A DNA stretch of 64,000 nucleotides, from contig SPJN01000004.1 in the NCBI GenBank assembly GCA_006844605.1, forward strand, positions 78,635-142,634. The letters run 5' to 3'. Shown here one piece after another: positions 29,006 through 39,294 of the stretch (position 1 is its first letter; each line of letters starts with the position of its first letter). This DNA is from Hyphomicrobiales bacterium. Lineage in GTDB: Bacteria > Pseudomonadota > Alphaproteobacteria > SPJN01. The translations under genes and the position numbers were made by a program. The notes below the pieces were generated by a model, which saw nothing but the letters and a program-made list of their open reading frames with translations, did not search any database and was not told the DNA's origin.

Positions 29006-30061
29006 ATGGCTGATGAAATGCAGATTGCTGGACGCAAGATCGGGCCGGGTCACCCGCCCTATATCATTGCGGAAATGTCCGGCAATCATAATGGTGACAT
29101 TGATCGTGCGTTTGCTTTGATTGAGGCAGCGAAGGAAGCCGGCGCAGATGCGGTAAAGCTGCAAACCTATACTGCCGATACAATCACCATTAAATCAGAC
29201 CGGCCTGAGTTCAAGATTTCCGGCGGGTTGTGGGATGGCTATACGCTTCATGATTTATATGATGAGGCACATACGCCGTGGGACTGGCATCCGCGCCTGT
29301 TTGAAAAGGCAAAGGAAGTCGGTATCACGATTTTCTCGTCCCCGTTTGATTTTACGGCTATCGATTTTTTGGAAAGTCTTGATGCGCCCGCCTATAAAAT
29401 CGCGTCGTTTGAGCTGGTTGACCTGCCGCTGATCAAACGCGCTGCGGCAACGGGCAAGCCGCTGATCATGTCCACCGGCATTGCCAATTTGGACGAGATT
29501 GAGGATGCCATTGCTGCTGCCAAATCAGCGAATGTCAGTGCGCTATGCGTCCTTCACTGTATTTCTGCCTATCCGGCACCGGCAAGCCAAAGCCATCTGC
29601 AAACCATTCCAGATCTTGCCAAACGCTTTGATGTGTTAAGTGGATTGTCTGATCACACAATGGGTACGGCAGTGGCAACCACGGCAATTGCCATGGGGGC
29701 CTGCTTGATTGAAAAGCATTTTACGCTGGCGCGCGCTGATGGTGGTGTGGATTCAGACTTTTCGTTGGAACCGCATGAATTGAAGCGATTGGTTGATGAT
29801 TGCCGTACCGCTTGGGAGGCGATGGGCCCCGCACAATATGAGTTAAAGGGCGTTGAGGAAGCGAACCAACAGTTCCGCCGGTCGCTCTACATCACCGCAG
29901 AAATGAAGGCAGGTGATGTGTTGAGCGCGGATAACTTACGGTCCATCCGGCCCGGAAACGGCCTGCCGCCGCGGCACTATGATGAGCTGCTGGGCAAGGC
30001 GGTGTCGGCGGATATTGCTGCAGGCACGCCGCTATCTTGGGATATGATTAAACAAAACTAA
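29006..30061 (+). CDS. pseI: Pseudaminic acid synthase (NeuB family)
   Basis: IIAEMSGNHNGDIDRAFALIEAAKEAGADAVKLQTY...SDHTMG typical NeuB/PseI. Confidence 0.8.
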   Translation: MADEMQIAGRKIGPGHPPYIIAEMSGNHNGDIDRAFALIEAAKEAGADAVKLQTYTADTITIKSDRPEFKISGGLWDGYTLHDLYDEAHTPWDWHPRLFEKAKEVGITIFSSPFDFTAIDFLESLDAPAYKIASFELVDLPLIKRAAATGKPLIMSTGIANLDEIEDAIAAAKSANVSALCVLHCISAYPAPASQSHLQTIPDLAKRFDVLSGLSDHTMGTAVATTAIAMGACLIEKHFTLARADGGVDSDFSLEPHELKRLVDDCRTAWEAMGPAQYELKGVEEANQQFRRSLYITAEMKAGDVLSADNLRSIRPGNGLPPRHYDELLGKAVSADIAAGTPLSWDMIKQN

Positions 30062-30082
30062 AACTAATTAGGGAGCGATTTT

Positions 30083-30511
30083 ATGAGCTTTTCATCAACC
30101 ATTCCGACATCCGGTTATTCGCCAAATCTGCAACGATGGATGGATTACCTGTTGGGCGATCATGACAAGGATGAGCTGTATGATATGCTTGATCCGGACG
30201 CGGTTTTCTTCAGCCCCGTTGTGTTTCGCGGACAGGAAGGGCGCGACCTGACATTCGCCTATTTGACTGCCGCTGGCCAAACACTGAATGATGACTTCAA
30301 ATATGTGAACGTGTTTGATTGTGGTGATCAGGCGATTTTGGAATTTGAAGTAAATGTGGATGGCATGTATGTGAACGGCATCGACATGATTTTTTGGAAT
30401 GATGCAGGCAAAATCACAAAGTTTAAAGTGATGCTGCGCCCGATGAAGGCGCTTGAAGTAACCCGCCAGAATATGGCCAAGGCGCTTGCGGCGATGAACG
30501 ACGCAGGCTGA
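30083..30511 (+). CDS. SnoaL-like / NTF2-fold protein
   Basis: 142 aa with the periodicity of a ketosteroid-isomerase-like fold; GGGAG RBS. Confidence 0.45.
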   Translation: MSFSSTIPTSGYSPNLQRWMDYLLGDHDKDELYDMLDPDAVFFSPVVFRGQEGRDLTFAYLTAAGQTLNDDFKYVNVFDCGDQAILEFEVNVDGMYVNGIDMIFWNDAGKITKFKVMLRPMKALEVTRQNMAKALAAMNDAG

Positions 30512-30531
30512 CTATATCGGAGCGTAATCAG

Positions 30532-31218
30532 GTGGAATTTGCAAAACCCTGTTTTGATGTAGGGCTGTATACAGAACAGCTCGACCCCATGTTGACCTTT
30601 TGGCAGCAAAAGGTCGGCACGCAGTTTGATCATATGGTGCCGTTGGGTGGCGGCAAGCGTCAGCACCGCCACGATGCCCACGGGTCTGTCGTCAAAATTA
30701 ATCACAGCCGCAATCCTTTGCCTGACAACCCGCCGACCGGTTATCGCGAGGTGCTGATTGCACGTGATGGCGTGTTGGGGGTGAAGGCCCTGTCTGATCC
30801 AGATGGGAACAATGTCGCCTTGGTTGAGCCGGGAATGCACGGAGTTGCGCAGTTGGCCATGCGCATGGCCGTCCGCTCAGTTGAGGCGCATAGCCGTTTT
30901 TACCGCGATGCGTTCGGGCTGGTTGAAATGCCCTATGACAAGGGCGTTGCCTTTGGATTGGGGCATGGGGCGTTGCTGCTGGAACAGGCTGATGATGCGC
31001 CGTCCAATGCCATGAATGAGGGGAAGGGCTGGCGCTACATTACGTTTCAGGTCTTCAATGCCGATGAGGCGCATGTTAAGGCGCTGAATGCCGGCGGGGT
31101 TGAGGGGATGGCCCCCACAACATTGGGCACCACCGCGCGTATCAGTTTTGTGCGTGACCCTGATGGCAACTGGATCGAACTATCCCAACGGGCGTCACTG
31201 GTTGGGGCGCTTGACTAA
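30532..31218 (+). CDS. VOC-family (glyoxalase/bleomycin-resistance/dioxygenase fold) protein, two modules
   Basis: 228 aa; two beta-alpha-beta-beta-beta-like halves with His/Glu ligands (HRHDAHG..., EAH...); GTG start. Confidence 0.5.
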   Translation: MEFAKPCFDVGLYTEQLDPMLTFWQQKVGTQFDHMVPLGGGKRQHRHDAHGSVVKINHSRNPLPDNPPTGYREVLIARDGVLGVKALSDPDGNNVALVEPGMHGVAQLAMRMAVRSVEAHSRFYRDAFGLVEMPYDKGVAFGLGHGALLLEQADDAPSNAMNEGKGWRYITFQVFNADEAHVKALNAGGVEGMAPTTLGTTARISFVRDPDGNWIELSQRASLVGALD

Positions 31219-31290
31219 GCCTGTTGCCTTGCAATCGGGCGACCGCGCGCCTACATAATGGCTGAACAAATTTATAGATAAGGTTTCAAA

Positions 31291-31569
31291 ATGGTTTCCC
31301 TGCTTGCTCTGGCGTCCCTTCTGGTCGACATTTATGTCTGGATTATCATTGCCAGCGTGGTGATGAGTTGGCTGATCGCGTTCAACGTGGTGAACCAGCA
31401 TAACCAGATCGTACGACAGGTGATCTACTTTATCGCCCGCGTGACGGAGCCTGTGTTGGAACCCATCCGCCGCATCCTGCCGCCCATGGGGGGGCTTGAT
31501 CTATCCCCGATGCTTGTCATCATCGGTCTGTGGTTTTTGCGCAATTTGATGTGGGAATATCTTGGCTGA
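31291..31569 (+). CDS. yggT: YggT-family membrane protein
   Basis: 92 aa, two TM, IYVWIIIASVVMSWL...PMGGLDLSPMLVIIGLWFL typical YggT. Confidence 0.7.
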   Translation: MVSLLALASLLVDIYVWIIIASVVMSWLIAFNVVNQHNQIVRQVIYFIARVTEPVLEPIRRILPPMGGLDLSPMLVIIGLWFLRNLMWEYLG

Positions 31570-31873
31570 TTGGTTGGCAGCGCGTGGTGATGACCTTGTG
31601 CTTTATGTGCGGTTAAGTCCGTCAGCCTCGACAGATCGTATCGGCGCACCATTTGAGGATGATGCAGGGCAACAGCGTCTGAAAATCAGCGTTACGGCAG
31701 TGCCGGAAAATGGCAAGGCCAACAAGGCGCTGATCAAACTATTATCCAAAAAGTTAAAGCTGGCGAAATCGTCGGTTGAGGTTGTGAGCGGTCATACTGA
31801 TCGCAACAAAAGGCTAAGCCTGCCTGCTTGCGCAGACAGGCTTGCTGAATTTCAGAATATTTTGGGCAGCTAG
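31562..31873 (+). CDS. DUF167 (YggU-like) protein
   Basis: LYVRLSPSASTDRI...AVPENGKANKALIKLLSKKLKLAKSSVEVVSG matches the DUF167 consensus; conserved yggT-yggU pairing. Confidence 0.7.
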   Translation: MADWLAARGDDLVLYVRLSPSASTDRIGAPFEDDAGQQRLKISVTAVPENGKANKALIKLLSKKLKLAKSSVEVVSGHTDRNKRLSLPACADRLAEFQNILGS

Positions 31874-31877
31874 TTCG

Positions 31878-33617
31878 CTATTCCGCAGCTTGCGCAGGCA
31901 TGTCCGGCGCGGGCTGTGCTCCACGGATCAGCTTGCCATTCAAAGCGCCGGTTGGTTGCCCATCTTCAAACGCGACGACACCTGACACGATTGTTTTGGT
32001 ATAGCCATCGGCCTTCTGGATCAGGCGACGGCCCCCGGCGGGCAGGTCGTATACGACCTCAGGCGCGTGCAGGACCATATTGTCAAAGTCGATAATATTG
32101 ACATCGGCCTTGTACCCGGGTTTCAGCAACCCACGATCTTGAATGCCCACAAGTTCCGCCGTTTCCTTTGTCTGCATTGAGATCAGTTGTTCAAGCGGCA
32201 ATTTCGGCCCGCGTGTCCGGTCACGTCCCCAATGCTGGATCAGTGTGGTGGGAAAGCTTGAATCGCATAGCGCGCCGCAATGGGCACCACCGTCGCCCAA
32301 CCCGAATACCGTATGCGGGTGGGTCAGCATTTCATGCACAATGTCCAGATTGCCCGTGTAGTAGTTGAACAGCGGGAAATACAGCATGGCATGGCCATCG
32401 CGTTCCAGCATCATGTCGAGCGCGACTTCATAGGCGCTTTTGCCATCCCGTTCTGCAACAGCGGCCACTGACTCTTCTGGGGCAGGTTCATAATTTGCAG
32501 GTTCCCCCAAATCAAACATTTTGTGGTGGCTTTCCATAATGTGATCAACCACTTCATTGTTCAGCTTGATGGGTTCCTGACTTAGCAACAGCGCGCGGAA
32601 TTCAGGGTCTTTCAGTTTTGCCACCTTGTCATCATGGGGCAGGGCAGCAACCTCCAGAAATGCGGGGTGGAAGGTGAACGGGTTCAGCGTACAATCCAGC
32701 CCCAGCAACACACCTGTGGGGCGGGGCGGCACCTGTCCACGCATGGGCAGGCCATCGGCCTGTGCCTCATTTATTGCGGTCAGCAATTGTTTCCACCAAT
32801 CGGGACGGACGTCTTGTTGTTCCACAGTAATGGAAATCGGCAGGCCGCTTTCTTTCACCATACGGCGAAAGATTTTCCATTCCGCGTCGAAATCATAAAA
32901 GTCGGAAATGCCCTGCAACACACCCTTGCCCGTTTTGGCCACCGCCTTGGCGATGCCAACCAGCTCTTCCTCAAGCGCATTGATGGTGGGGGCCAGATTG
33001 CCGTCACTATCGCGGTGCTTTTCGGTGCGGGAGGTTGAGAATCCTAATGCGCCAGCCTCAATCGCCTCGGCGGCGACGCGGCCCATTTCTTCAATCTCTT
33101 CAGGGGTAGCAGGTTCCTGCGCGGGACCGCGTTCGCCCATCACATAGGCCCGCACAGCGCCGTGGGGCACCTGCGTGGCAACGTCGATGGCGAGCGGTGT
33201 TTTATCTAGCGCATTCAAATAGTCGGGAAAGCTTTCCCATTGCCAGTTGATGCCTTCATGAAGGGCGGTGCCGGGAATATCCTCAACCCCCTCCATCAAC
33301 TTGATCACCCAGTCACGCTGGTCTTTATGGATTGGGGCAAAGCCGACGCCGCAATTGCCCATCACGATGGTTGTCACACCATGAAAGGTTGAGGGCTGCA
33401 AATAGGGGTCCCATGTGACCTGCCCATCATAATGGGTGTGGGCATCGACAAAGCCGGGGGTAACGATTTGGCCAGCGGCGTCAATCTCGTCACGGCCCTT
33501 GCTCGGCACAGTCCCAACGGCTGTGATTTTGCCATCATCAATGGCCACATCACCCATAAAGGGCGCATCGCCCGTGCCATCGTAAATTTTCCCGTTACGG
33601 ATCACCAGATCATGCAT
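31878..33617 (-). CDS. N-acyl-D-amino-acid deacylase family amidohydrolase
   Basis: [16 protein letters not shown]...[14 protein letters not shown]...metal-ligand His/Asp pattern of the D-aminoacylase family. Confidence 0.75.
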   Translation of the reverse strand: MHDLVIRNGKIYDGTGDAPFMGDVAIDDGKITAVGTVPSKGRDEIDAAGQIVTPGFVDAHTHYDGQVTWDPYLQPSTFHGVTTIVMGNCGVGFAPIHKDQRDWVIKLMEGVEDIPGTALHEGINWQWESFPDYLNALDKTPLAIDVATQVPHGAVRAYVMGERGPAQEPATPEEIEEMGRVAAEAIEAGALGFSTSRTEKHRDSDGNLAPTINALEEELVGIAKAVAKTGKGVLQGISDFYDFDAEWKIFRRMVKESGLPISITVEQQDVRPDWWKQLLTAINEAQADGLPMRGQVPPRPTGVLLGLDCTLNPFTFHPAFLEVAALPHDDKVAKLKDPEFRALLLSQEPIKLNNEVVDHIMESHHKMFDLGEPANYEPAPEESVAAVAERDGKSAYEVALDMMLERDGHAMLYFPLFNYYTGNLDIVHEMLTHPHTVFGLGDGGAHCGALCDSSFPTTLIQHWGRDRTRGPKLPLEQLISMQTKETAELVGIQDRGLLKPGYKADVNIIDFDNMVLHAPEVVYDLPAGGRRLIQKADGYTKTIVSGVVAFEDGQPTGALNGKLIRGAQPAPDMPAQAAE

Positions 33618-33661
33618 GAATTTTCCCCGTTTCTAATTATGTGATGGCCTATTTTGGCTGA

Positions 33662-34846
33662 TTAGTCCTCTGAACGCAAACCGCTGAAAAACTGCCGAAC
33701 GTCCGCGATATAAAGGTTCGGTTGTTCAAGTGCCGCGAAATGGCCGCCTAATTCCATATCTGTCCAATGCTGGACATTATAGGCCCGTTCGGCCCATTCA
33801 CGCTTGGGCCATGTGATCAGGGGGTCATGGGGGAAGTTGGCGACGCCAACCGGTACTTCGATCCGGTTGCCCTTGGGCAGGCCTGCACCGCCTTCTTCCA
33901 TCAGGCCACGATACATCCAGCTTGCGGTGTTAAACGTGCGCGTGACCAGATAGATCATGATGTTGGTCAATAGCTGGTCTTTTGAATAGGCGTTGTCGAT
34001 ATTGTCTTCGGGTGTGTGTGACCATGTGTTGAACTTTTCAACCAGCCATGCCGCCACGCCAACGGGGCTGTCCATCATGGCATAGGAAAGCGATTGCGGC
34101 TTGGTCATTTGCAGGCGGAAATAGGCGCCCTCCATCTCAAATGTCAGGCGCTGTCCATCACGCCATTGCTGTTCTTCGTCTGACATGTCGCCTTCCGGCG
34201 CGGGGGGCGAAAAGCCCATCATGTTCAGGTGAATGGCCTCGCAGGGGGCATGGTCCTTGCCCAGATAACAGGTGGTCATGGCGCCCCAGTCGCCGCCCTG
34301 CGCAAGATAGCTGTCATAGCCCAGCACATCTGTCATCAAACCGTTCATATATTTTGCGGCAGTCATGGGGCCAATCGGGTTCGCGGGCTTGTCCGAAAAG
34401 CCATAGCCGGGCAGGGATGGTACGATCACATCAAACCCGTCTTCGGCATCGCCGCCAAATCGTTCGGGATGGGCAAGCGGTTCGATAACCTCCATAAACT
34501 CGTAAAAGCTGCCGGGCCATCCATGGATGATGATCAAGGGTTGCGGGTTGGAGCCTGAGCCCTTTTCATAAATGTAATGAAGGTTGAGTGTTTGGCCATC
34601 AATGGTGACCGGGGCCTTGAATTGTGGAAAACGGTTCAGGCCTGTTTCGGCCTTGCGCCAACTAAACCCATCAAGCCAATAGGCGCACAGGTCCTTCATA
34701 TAGTCGAGATTAGCCCCATAGGCCCAGCCGCCATTTTGCGGCATCTCATGCCATTCATAGTCCGCAACACGGGATGCAATTTTGTCCAGACGGTCCTGCG
34801 GAATGTCGATGGTGAATGGTGTTGGTATGGTTTTCTGCGCGCTCAT
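33662..34846 (-). CDS. Epoxide hydrolase (microsomal EH-like, alpha/beta fold with EH N-terminal domain)
   Basis: IIIHGWPGSFYEF (HGWP oxyanion motif), EH N-terminal domain FTIDIPQDRLD. GAGGGG SD serves the second ATG (MSAQKT...), so start set at 34846. Confidence 0.7.
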   Translation of the reverse strand: MSAQKTIPTPFTIDIPQDRLDKIASRVADYEWHEMPQNGGWAYGANLDYMKDLCAYWLDGFSWRKAETGLNRFPQFKAPVTIDGQTLNLHYIYEKGSGSNPQPLIIIHGWPGSFYEFMEVIEPLAHPERFGGDAEDGFDVIVPSLPGYGFSDKPANPIGPMTAAKYMNGLMTDVLGYDSYLAQGGDWGAMTTCYLGKDHAPCEAIHLNMMGFSPPAPEGDMSDEEQQWRDGQRLTFEMEGAYFRLQMTKPQSLSYAMMDSPVGVAAWLVEKFNTWSHTPEDNIDNAYSKDQLLTNIMIYLVTRTFNTASWMYRGLMEEGGAGLPKGNRIEVPVGVANFPHDPLITWPKREWAERAYNVQHWTDMELGGHFAALEQPNLYIADVRQFFSGLRSED

Positions 34847-34913
34847 GAAAATGCCCCTCAACCGTGATAAGTGATTGAGGGGCAGGGTGCAGAATTAGTG
34901 CTGTCAAATCAAA

Positions 34914-37223
34914 CTAAAACTCGACAGCAAACCGAGCCGAGAATGTCCGGGGCGGGGCAACCGCTGCAAAGTGGGACCCTGCGAATAGCGGCACGTCAAA
35001 GCTTTCCTGTTTGATGGTTTCATCCAACAGGTTTTTGCCGATGACGGAAAAGCTCCACAAATTGTCAGGGTGCCGCAAACCGATGCGGGCGCTGACCTGT
35101 GTATAGGCTTCTTGTGAGTCAGCCTTATCAAGGTCCGGCGTCAGGAACATTTCGGTTTGGTAATACACATCACCACCGATAAAGGCCAACATGTTGACGG
35201 TGTTGATATCATGCTCGTAAAGCGCTGAAACAGAGCCGTTGAACTCAGGTGCCTGGTTCAGGCGATCACCAGACAGATCGCAGCCCTTGCCCTGTCCGGC
35301 AAGACAGGGGCCGTTTTTGAAACTGTCATAGGTGGCGTCAATCCACCCCGCAGCAATTGACAGGAACAACCCTTCAACAGGGACGATCATGCTTTCCAGT
35401 TCAAGCCCCTGTGTGGTGGCTTCTTCGGCATTTGTCACGACAAAGCCCGTGCCGTCCCAAACAGCAACCTGAAGGTTTTCAAAGTTGGTGTAGAAATAGG
35501 TCAGGTTCAATGTCAGCTGGCGGTTGAACCATGTTGACTTGATCCCGCCTTCGATTGTGTCGGAGAGTTCTTCGTTAAACTCCATATCGTCGGGGCTGGT
35601 GGCCATTTCGTTAAATCCGCCGGCCTTGAAGCCCTTGGCATAGGTCACATAGGCCATCGCATCCTCAAGGAAGGCATATTTCACGGCAAATTTGGGTGAC
35701 CAATTATCTTCGTCACGGCTGGCATTGGCTGCGAAATCTGTATCGCCGGTTAGCAGACGGAAGGGGATGCCACCATTTTCAAATGTCTGTTCCTGAAAAT
35801 GGTCTTTTTCTTCGGTCGTGTAACGCAGGCCGGCAATCAATTCTAAATCTTCCCACAAGGTCAGGTTGGCCTGACCATAGGCGGCGATATGAGTGGTTTC
35901 CTGCATGAAGTCTTTATGCCGATTGTCACCATTAAATGACGGCCCGGCCAGCGCCAGAATATCCTGCAATGCAGCAGGCAATACTAACCCCGTTACGGTG
36001 CCCAGCGCATCAAAGTCGGGCAACATGGTGAAGTCGGTATTCGCATCATAGTCAGAGAAGAAATAGTAAAGCCCAGCCACATATTCGAATGGCCCGTCAG
36101 GAGAGGTCAGGCGAATTTCACCGCTATACTGTTCGAACTCATCATCATAAAGAAAGCTCAACAACGGGGCGGGGCCAAAGTCCACATCGTCCGACACTTC
36201 AAACTCATAGCTTGACCACCCGGCGATAAAGGCCAGTTCATGTTCTGCAATGTCCAGCTTGGCCGTTGCGGTTGCGCCCAGCGTATCGCGATAGGTGTAG
36301 CCGGGATAATCCAATGACGTTTCGTAGTCGTCCAAATCAGTTTCGACATTCGGGTCAAATGCTGTGTACAGCAGACGCGCATCGTCGCCCAATTCAGAAA
36401 GCTGATAGCCATTGCCGCGCGCCTTGAGCGAGCCGTAATCGACACTGACAACCAGTTCGAAAGTTTCAGTGCCCAGTAGGCCAAGTTTGGCGCGGGCATA
36501 GGTCTTGTCTAGATTGGCTTCGTCGCGGTCCAGCAGACGGTTATAGATATAGCCATCACGCTGATTGTCCTTGGCGGCGATACGCAAACCGGCAACATCG
36601 GACCAGAAGGGAATATTGACTGCCGCTTCAAAACGCTGCTGGTTATATTCGCCAAACAGGGCGCTGCCGTAAACTTCCCATTCGGTGCTGGGATCGCGAG
36701 TTGTGATGTTCAGGGCACCGGCAACTGTGTTCTTGCCGAACAATGTGCCTTGCGGGCCACGCAACACTTCGATCCGTTCAATGTCGATCATCGCATCATT
36801 CAGATATTCTGCGCGGCCATAATAAATGCCATCAACAAACAGGCCGATTGATTGTTCAAAGCCCTTATTGTCGCCTGACCCCAGACCACGAATGCGAATG
36901 TATGAGCTGCGGGGCAGGGCGGCGATATCAAGGTTGGGGGCCAGATAGCCGATATCATCAACCTTATCGACAGCGCGTGCTTCAAGCAGGTCACCGGCAA
37001 CGGCGGTCACTGACAGGGGCACGTCCTGCACGTCTTCGGATCGTTTTTGCGCAGTGACGATGATTTCGGGAATGGCTGGCGGGGCCTTTGTTTCCGCGCT
37101 TGCCTCTATCTCTGCTGAGGTTCCAGCCTCAACCGCTGCGTCCTGTGCCCATACCGGCAGGGCAATGGTGGTCGCAATTGCGGCAATGCTGGTGGTGCGG
37201 ATCAAAAAATGGCGCATTGTCAT
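34914..37223 (-). CDS. TonB-dependent receptor
   Basis: Signal peptide, plug-domain motifs (VTAQKRSEDVQDVPLSVTAV), 769 aa, terminal aromatic (RFAVEF). Confidence 0.8.
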   Translation of the reverse strand: MTMRHFLIRTTSIAAIATTIALPVWAQDAAVEAGTSAEIEASAETKAPPAIPEIIVTAQKRSEDVQDVPLSVTAVAGDLLEARAVDKVDDIGYLAPNLDIAALPRSSYIRIRGLGSGDNKGFEQSIGLFVDGIYYGRAEYLNDAMIDIERIEVLRGPQGTLFGKNTVAGALNITTRDPSTEWEVYGSALFGEYNQQRFEAAVNIPFWSDVAGLRIAAKDNQRDGYIYNRLLDRDEANLDKTYARAKLGLLGTETFELVVSVDYGSLKARGNGYQLSELGDDARLLYTAFDPNVETDLDDYETSLDYPGYTYRDTLGATATAKLDIAEHELAFIAGWSSYEFEVSDDVDFGPAPLLSFLYDDEFEQYSGEIRLTSPDGPFEYVAGLYYFFSDYDANTDFTMLPDFDALGTVTGLVLPAALQDILALAGPSFNGDNRHKDFMQETTHIAAYGQANLTLWEDLELIAGLRYTTEEKDHFQEQTFENGGIPFRLLTGDTDFAANASRDEDNWSPKFAVKYAFLEDAMAYVTYAKGFKAGGFNEMATSPDDMEFNEELSDTIEGGIKSTWFNRQLTLNLTYFYTNFENLQVAVWDGTGFVVTNAEEATTQGLELESMIVPVEGLFLSIAAGWIDATYDSFKNGPCLAGQGKGCDLSGDRLNQAPEFNGSVSALYEHDINTVNMLAFIGGDVYYQTEMFLTPDLDKADSQEAYTQVSARIGLRHPDNLWSFSVIGKNLLDETIKQESFDVPLFAGSHFAAVAPPRTFSARFAVEF

Positions 37224-37340
37224 CGGTCCTGTCGCAGAATTCCGTAAATAATCAGTGGAACTTATATGGAAATGTCAGATAGTGGCTTCAAGTAAGGGAA
37301 ATTCATATTTTCCACAATGCGACAGAAAAACAAAACATAT

Positions 37341-37400
37341 CACATTGACTATGTGTGTAATTATATATTGACCATTTTGTATATTCATATTATTGAATAT
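37341..37400. promoter_or_regulatory. AT-rich divergent control region with inverted repeats (candidate operator(s))
   Basis: CACAT-tgact-ATGTG (37341..37355) and a perfect ATATTCA-tattat-TGAATAT (37381..37400), plus repeated ATTGACyAT; located between the TBDR and the yeeE-like genes. Confidence 0.3.
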
Positions 37401-37445
37401 AAAAGTGGCTGCTTTCAGCCATTATTAGGGATGCAGGAGGGCGCA

Positions 37446-37892
37446 ATGGCAGCACTGACCTTGGAAACCATACTTATTTCACTGGCAGGGGGCGTCATGA
37501 TTGGCCTGTCGGCTGTCATGTTGATGGCCCTGAATGGCCGCATTGCGGGAATCAGTGGCATTATTGGCGGGCTGGTCAATCCGGTCATGCTGAAGGGCGG
37601 TCTTGATCAATGGGGCTGGCGACTGGCCTTTGTTGCCGGGCTGGTAATTTCGCCCTTCATTTATGGGCTTGTGGGGGGGGAGCTTCCCGCCCTTGTCCAA
37701 CCGCGCAGCATCGGCGTGATCATACTGGGGGGCTTGATCGTCGGATTCGGCACCCGTTTGGGCGGCGGCTGTACGTCCGGTCATGGGGTTTGCGGTATGG
37801 CGCGCCTGTCACAACGGTCAATCGTGGCAACGATCACCTTCATGCTGACGGGATTTGCCACCGTCTATGTCTTTAACATGGTCGGAGGATAA
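37446..37892 (+). CDS. YeeE/YedE-family membrane protein, half-size (N-terminal-type)
   Basis: LAGGVMIGLSAVMLMALNGRIAGISGII motif of YeeE/YedE; GGAGG SD before the ATG at 37446. Confidence 0.6.
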   Translation: MAALTLETILISLAGGVMIGLSAVMLMALNGRIAGISGIIGGLVNPVMLKGGLDQWGWRLAFVAGLVISPFIYGLVGGELPALVQPRSIGVIILGGLIVGFGTRLGGGCTSGHGVCGMARLSQRSIVATITFMLTGFATVYVFNMVGG

Positions 37893-37896
37893 TCTG

Positions 37897-38346
37897 ATGA
37901 AAGCGATTTTGGGTGCCCTGGCAGCAGGGCTGTTATTTGGTTTAGGGTTGATAGCCTCAGAAATGGTGAACCCCACGAAAGTCATCAGCTTCCTTGATTT
38001 GTTCGGGGCATGGGACCCGTCGTTGGCGTTTGTGATGGGCGGTGCATTGGTCACAACCTTTATCGGTTACCGTTTCGTGTTGAAGCGGGAACGGCCCGTT
38101 AATGCGGAAAAGTTTGATTTGCCGACCAAGACTGATCTTGATCCGCGTTTGATCGGCGGCGCCAGCTTGTTTGGCATCGGGTGGGGCATGGCTGGGTATT
38201 GTCCCGGTCCGGCCATTGCGGCCCTACCGTTTATGTATACCGAAACCTTTATCTTTGTTGCGGCAATGGCGGTTGGCATGGCAGTTTACAATCTGGTCGA
38301 TGGGATGCTGCAACAACGGGCGCAGCCGGTTTTGATCGACGGCTAA
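37897..38346 (+). CDS. YeeE/YedE-family membrane protein, half-size (C-terminal-type)
   Basis: LAAGLLFGLGLIASEM...GIGWGMAGYCPGPA motif; GGAGGA SD before the ATG at 37897. Confidence 0.6.
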   Translation: MKAILGALAAGLLFGLGLIASEMVNPTKVISFLDLFGAWDPSLAFVMGGALVTTFIGYRFVLKRERPVNAEKFDLPTKTDLDPRLIGGASLFGIGWGMAGYCPGPAIAALPFMYTETFIFVAAMAVGMAVYNLVDGMLQQRAQPVLIDG

Positions 38347-38367
38347 ATTTAAACTTGATGGGCGTAT

Positions 38368-39267
38368 ATGCTGCCAAATCTGATCATTCCCGGTGCCCCG
38401 AAAAGCGGCACCTCTACCCTGTATCGTTGGTTGAGCGATCATCCGGCGGTGCAAGGCGCTCGTTTGAAAGAGGTTGAGTTCTTTATCGACCTCGGTTGGC
38501 ACAGCCAGAATGAGGAAGCGAATGCCCATTCTGCCAACCTCGATGCCTATGAACGGTTTTTTGATGGGTGGACGGGCACGGGTGAACCCCGCCTGATCGT
38601 GGAATCAACACCTGCCTATATGTATCAACAAACAGCCTTGCGTGATTTGCCGGACCTACCCAGCAAGCCGCATCTGTTGTTTTTGGTGCGGGAGCCTGCC
38701 GCCCAAATAAAATCCACGTTCGATTATTTCCAAAATAATTGGCAACACATCCCCGCCGATTGGGCCTTTGCCGACTATGTTGCGGCATTGGAAGCGGGCC
38801 GCGCAGACTTTTCCCAAAATGAGCTGGTGGTCAATGCGCTGGACTATGCACGGTATGACAAATGGTTGGATAAGTGGCGCGATGCTGTGGGCACAGAACG
38901 GATGACGGTGTTGGGCATGGAACGTTTTTTCAGTGACGCCCGGTCCGGCATGGTGTCACTTTGTGACCAATTCGGGCTCGATCCCGCCTTTTATGACAGC
39001 TATGACTTCCCACGGGAAAACGAAACCTATCGGGTGAAATCGCAGGCGCTGCAATCGCTGAATGTGCGGGTGCGGGCGCTGCTGCCGCGCAATAATGCAC
39101 TGTATAACGGCTTGCGGACGGTGTATCGCAAGGTGAACACCGGGTCAAAACAAGCCATTGGGGATGACGCTGACGGGGCAGCAATGGACCGTTTGAAGGC
39201 GCGCTATGCAGCCTTGCCCGCGACATTGGCGCAGACCTATGGGCTTGATCTAAGCCACTGGCGCTGA
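38368..39267 (+). CDS. Sulfotransferase-family protein (PAPS-dependent type)
   Basis: 5'-PSB P-loop GAPKSGTSTL near the N-terminus and a 3'-PB-like LFLVREPAAQIKS motif. Confidence 0.6.
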   Translation: MLPNLIIPGAPKSGTSTLYRWLSDHPAVQGARLKEVEFFIDLGWHSQNEEANAHSANLDAYERFFDGWTGTGEPRLIVESTPAYMYQQTALRDLPDLPSKPHLLFLVREPAAQIKSTFDYFQNNWQHIPADWAFADYVAALEAGRADFSQNELVVNALDYARYDKWLDKWRDAVGTERMTVLGMERFFSDARSGMVSLCDQFGLDPAFYDSYDFPRENETYRVKSQALQSLNVRVRALLPRNNALYNGLRTVYRKVNTGSKQAIGDDADGAAMDRLKARYAALPATLAQTYGLDLSHWR

Positions 39268-39294
39268 TACATCGACTGCACCACAGGCTGGTGT

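Noticed and set aside
34847-34861. Track start codons for the epoxide hydrolase (34861) and the fucosidase (45441).
   Set aside because: In both cases a GAGGGG(G) Shine-Dalgarno lies inside the first codons and serves the second in-frame ATG, so the shorter products (34846, 45420) were preferred.
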